DNA of 37,829 nucleotides from a virus, in the IMG/VR virus record IMGVR_UViG_3300045988_187455, positions 1 through 37,829 of that record, one strand, 5' to 3'. Numbering within the stretch: the stretch's first letter is position 1; each line of letters begins with the position of its first letter. Both the position numbers and the translations under genes were made by a program. Below, piece by piece: positions 35,158 through 37,829 of this stretch. The notes under the pieces are model-generated. The model had not been told where the DNA came from. It saw only the letters and a list, made by a program, of their open reading frames with translations, and did no database searches.

Positions 35158-35769
35158 ATGGAAAGCATGAATGGTATTCAACCAATGTACGATTTAGCAG
35201 ACAGAAACAACAATGAATTTGGTGGTGGATATTGGATTTGGATTATCCTTTTATTCTTACTTTTTGGTGGAAATTGGGGTAACAATGGCAACCTACAGAA
35301 TGATGAATTAATGAATCAAGAATTTATTAAGCGTGATTTATTTAATACAAATCAAAATGTATCTAGCCAAGGTTTCCAAAATTCAAGAGATATTCTAGAA
35401 AGCCGATACACAACTCAATTAGGCTTGCAGAATCTAGGACAACAGAATCAAGAATGTTGTTGTGCAACGCAAAGAGCGATTGATGGAGTAAATACACAGA
35501 GCTTTAAGAATACGTGTGATATTACCACTGCAATTCACTCAGAAGGCGAAGCAACAAGAGCATTGATTAATGCTAACACAATGCAAGAATTGCGTGATAA
35601 ATTAGCAGACAGAGATAGAGATTTATTAACTGCAAACTTCCAATTAAGCCAACAGGCGCAATCTGCTAATATCATTAACACATTGCAACCAACGCCAAAA
35701 CCTGCATATCTTACTTGCTCACCTTATTATGCATACAATATGACAGGTTGTGGATGTAACCAAATCTAG
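35158..35769 (+). CDS. Single-pass membrane protein with Cys-rich ectodomain (cassette gene 3)
   Basis: AAAGGAGGA SD; TM YWIWIILLFLLFGG; ECCCATQ, TCD, CSPYY, GCGCNQI cysteines. Confidence 0.7.
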   Translation: MESMNGIQPMYDLADRNNNEFGGGYWIWIILLFLLFGGNWGNNGNLQNDELMNQEFIKRDLFNTNQNVSSQGFQNSRDILESRYTTQLGLQNLGQQNQECCCATQRAIDGVNTQSFKNTCDITTAIHSEGEATRALINANTMQELRDKLADRDRDLLTANFQLSQQAQSANIINTLQPTPKPAYLTCSPYYAYNMTGCGCNQI

Positions 35770-35804
35770 CTCGAAAGAGATTAGGCAATAGCCTTTGGAT
35801 TATA

Positions 35805-35834
35805 GGGTAGTCGAAAGGCTACCCATTTATTTTA
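35805..35834 (+). terminator. Rho-independent terminator inside the cassette
   Basis: GGGTAGTC-GAAA-GGCTACCC followed by a T-rich run. Confidence 0.6.
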
Positions 35835-35852
35835 TATAGGAGGAAAAGAAAA

Positions 35853-36272
35853 ATGATTAATAGTATAGCAACGGCAGTACAAACAGTAGCAAATGGACAA
35901 AATGTATTATTTCCAACGGATAGGGTAAGAACAAAATCATGTCAATGTGCTTGTAAAGGTTGGCTTGCTCATGATGTAGGAAGTGGACTATTTACATTGA
36001 CGAAACAAGGAATTTATGAAGTAGAATATACGGCAGACATCACAAGCGCAACGGTAGGAGTCGCTTCTTTAGAATTAGAACAGAATGGAGAAGCAGTAGG
36101 AGGAACAGAATCTCTATATAATGTAGCTACTGCAAGTGCATATGGAAATGTTAGTGGAGCTACATTGATTCAAGTACCTTGTGGAGCTTCTTACACAATT
36201 ACGCTAGGAAATAACAGTGGCTTAGATTTATCTGTTCAGAATGCAAATATCATCATTAAGAAATTAGCGTAG
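35853..36272 (+). CDS. BclA C-terminal-domain-like (C1q/TNF-like) protein without collagen region (cassette gene 4)
   Basis: GIYEVEYTADITSA..LELEQNGEAVGGT..ANIIIKKLA parallels the BclA CTD as recalled (GFYKITV..IQVNGVPVPGT..ASIIIEKVA). Confidence 0.5.
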   Translation: MINSIATAVQTVANGQNVLFPTDRVRTKSCQCACKGWLAHDVGSGLFTLTKQGIYEVEYTADITSATVGVASLELEQNGEAVGGTESLYNVATASAYGNVSGATLIQVPCGASYTITLGNNSGLDLSVQNANIIIKKLA

Positions 36273-36279
36273 GTGTATC

Positions 36280-36717
36280 ATGCAAGAGGTTAGAAAACGA
36301 AATCTAGACCTCTTAACGGAAGCAATGAGAGGACTAGAAAAAGGATACAATGATTTAGATTTTAGAGTTATGAGCCAAGCTTTAGACAACATCAAAGACA
36401 TTGATACAATACTAGCTATGAGTGATGGAAGAGCGACTATAAACACATTAAGAACAAATGACACAAATATTGAAGGAACAGAAATTGATGACAATATCGC
36501 ATTGATGAATAGCCATTTTAGGAAATACATAGAAGCGAAAAAAGAATATCGAAAAGATAACAATGAAATCGATAAGCGAAATTCTATTCGTGAGTTAGAA
36601 GCTTTTTTGAATGCTATGTATGGAATCTTAGAAGAAATGAAAACGTCTAGCGACTTTCAAGAAGAAAGAGAAATGGTCAGAGATAAATTAAGAGAAATGT
36701 TCTCAGTATATCAGTGA
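36280..36717 (+). CDS. Helical hypothetical protein (cassette gene 5)
   Basis: TAGGTG SD, ATG 36280. Confidence 0.6.
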   Translation: MQEVRKRNLDLLTEAMRGLEKGYNDLDFRVMSQALDNIKDIDTILAMSDGRATINTLRTNDTNIEGTEIDDNIALMNSHFRKYIEAKKEYRKDNNEIDKRNSIRELEAFLNAMYGILEEMKTSSDFQEEREMVRDKLREMFSVYQ

Positions 36718-36718
36718 T

Positions 36719-36731
36719 AAAAACCTCTTTT
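36719..36731 (+). repeat. 13-bp direct repeat, right copy (AAAAACCTCTTTT)
   Basis: Identical to 34407-34419 but without the 5' arm of the hairpin. Confidence 0.6.
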
Positions 36732-36734
36732 ATG

Positions 36735-36743
36735 TGCTATAAT
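36735..36743 (+). promoter_or_regulatory. Extended -10 element TGcTATAAT upstream of the endolysin
   Basis: Perfect TGnTATAAT match 27 nt before ATA 36770. Confidence 0.4.
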
Positions 36744-36769
36744 TGGTACATAAAGGAGGATTTTTTTTA

Positions 36770-37528
36770 ATAAATTATCAAAATTTCAAAAATGCCGTAT
36801 TAGGCAAAGCTTTCGATGTTGATGGCTTTTATGGTGCTCAGTGTTGGGACGGATTCGCAAAGTATATGATTGATTTAGGATATAGAGCAATTCATTGTAC
36901 TACGAGTCAATTTGCAAAAGACATTTGGAACAATCGAAAAGCAAATGGTATCTTAAACTACTGTAATGAAGTCACAGTTATGCAAGCCGGAGATATTGCA
37001 GTATTTAAAGAAGTAGCATTATGGACTCCATACTCACACGTGGCAATTTTTGACCACGACGCAGGCGGTGGATACGGTTGGTTCTTAGGACAGAATCAAG
37101 GCGGAAAGAATGGAGCGTTTACACTTTGTAAATTGCCATACAGTGCCACATTCGATACTGCATTTAGACCTAAATGTTTTGCAAATGCACAGACTGCTAA
37201 ACCTAAACCACAACCAAAAGAAGCGATTGACCAAATCTTACACGTAGGTAGCTATGTAACATCTGTACAGATGAAGATTGGAAATCAAGGATTAAAGAAG
37301 ATTAATAACGATACTTGCGCCTATTTATCACAGTTAGGTGGTTGGTTCCCATTGTCTATGATTACAAAAGTTCGAGGTTCGGATGGATATAATGACAATG
37401 TGTTGCATACTACAAATGCGGTGGTATACGTAGACCGAGTTCGTGTTGATGAAATTAATATTCCGAAAAACCTTGCAAAAATCGGTGGAATTTGGGTTAG
37501 TGCTACACCTTTGATTGAAGTAGCATAA
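36770..37528 (+). CDS. Endolysin: N-terminal CHAP domain plus C-terminal SH3b-like binding domain (ATA start)
   Basis: DVDGFYGAQCWDGF (catalytic Cys) and YSHVAIF (His); the track TTG 36743 lies upstream of the SD; AAAGGAGGA + 9 nt + ATA 36770 gives N-terminus NYQNFKNAVLGKAFDVDG. Confidence 0.8.
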   Translation: MNYQNFKNAVLGKAFDVDGFYGAQCWDGFAKYMIDLGYRAIHCTTSQFAKDIWNNRKANGILNYCNEVTVMQAGDIAVFKEVALWTPYSHVAIFDHDAGGGYGWFLGQNQGGKNGAFTLCKLPYSATFDTAFRPKCFANAQTAKPKPQPKEAIDQILHVGSYVTSVQMKIGNQGLKKINNDTCAYLSQLGGWFPLSMITKVRGSDGYNDNVLHTTNAVVYVDRVRVDEINIPKNLAKIGGIWVSATPLIEVA

Positions 37529-37579
37529 ATACACACATATTAACACTAGAATCGTTTAACTATTATTATTGACTAAATC

Positions 37580-37613
37580 GAGCCTACGTATTACACGTAG
37601 GTTCTTTTTTTTA
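37580..37613 (+). terminator. Rho-independent terminator after the endolysin
   Basis: GAGCCTACGT / ACGTAGGTTC stem then a T9 run. Confidence 0.7.
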
Positions 37614-37630
37614 TTTTCCTAAAAAAGCTC

Positions 37631-37659
37631 TTTACATGTATATACATGTATGCTATACT
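37631..37659 (+). promoter_or_regulatory. Sigma-A-type promoter with embedded 18-bp perfect palindrome
   Basis: -35 TTTACA 37631-37636, 17-nt spacer, -10 TATACT 37654-37659; TACATGTATATACATGTA at 37633-37650. Confidence 0.6.
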
Positions 37660-37709
37660 ATATATGTGGTCAGATAAAGGCAAGGAATTAAAAGAAAGGA
37701 GGATAGTCA

Positions 37710-37829
37710 ATGAGCCACAAAAAAAGCAATCACAAAGCAGAGACGGTTAACATCTACTTAGAGATTGCTAAAAACGTTATTGAAATTCTCGCATTTGCAA
37801 TAACGATTATAAAGAGCTTAGGGAATTAA
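37710..37829 (+). CDS. 39-aa peptide with basic N-terminus and hydrophobic C-terminal helix (moron; candidate small membrane peptide or toxin)
   Basis: AAAGAAAGGAGGA + 6 nt + ATG; MSHKKSNHKAETVNIYLEIAKNVIEILAFAITIIKSLGN; stop is the last codon of the window. Confidence 0.5.
   Translation: MSHKKSNHKAETVNIYLEIAKNVIEILAFAITIIKSLGN

Larger units (their letters stand above)
1..37829 (+). mobile_element. Temperate siphovirus-like phage/prophage genome (integration, lysogeny, replication, packaging, head, tail, lysis modules)
   Basis: Complete modular gene order from integrase (1) to endolysin (37528); almost all genes co-oriented with short or overlapping junctions. Confidence 0.85.

Noticed and set aside
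2727-36772. ATA start codons as G-to-A base-calling artefacts caused by 7-deazaguanine DNA modification (the phage encodes a DpdA-like enzyme)
   Set aside because: Most start codons and all internal ATGs are intact. The bases flanking the ATAs share no common motif. The changes would have to hit only the third base of selected start codons. This should still be excluded by independent sequencing.
1-37829. Alternative genetic code (TGA=Trp, or TAG/TGA recoding of late genes as in some crAss-like and Lak phages)
   Set aside because: Trp is encoded by TGG. TGA, TAG and TAA terminate ORFs at sensible lengths in both early and late regions. No in-frame stops interrupt the conserved structural genes.

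Overview
The window reads as one near-complete temperate siphovirus-like phage or prophage of a low-GC Gram-positive host (about 37.8 kb, AT-rich). All genes are on the + strand except the repressor operon. Gene order is: tyrosine integrase; a divergent lysogeny switch (cI-like XRE repressor plus a co-transcribed membrane protein); an early region with Erf, RusA, a DnaD-like replication organiser, SSB, a dUTPase-like protein and many small ORFs including tandem paralog families; a sigma/ArpU-like late regulator; a stand-alone tRNA-like gene; a ParB-N / DpdA-like / QueT module; TerS and TerL; portal; a displaced fibre module; MuF-like protein, scaffold and major capsid; head-tail joining genes; major tail, chaperones, tape measure, Dit and Tal; holin; a 2.3-kb accessory cassette; a CHAP endolysin; and a small right-end ORF with its own promoter. 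The main finding is that at least 14 genes have a strong Shine-Dalgarno followed by ATA exactly where the first codon should be, with no usable ATG, GTG or TTG. These include RusA, the replication organiser, QueT, portal, major capsid, major tail, tape measure, Dit, holin and endolysin. The phage also carries a 76-nt tRNA-like gene with anticodon UAU (complementary to AUA). It shows initiator-type hallmarks: a 1:72 mismatch, A11:U24 and a GCAACCA 3' end. Together these suggest a phage-encoded non-canonical initiation system. All product calls come from motifs read in the translations; no database search was possible. Starts marked ATA are my re-annotations of the ORF track.
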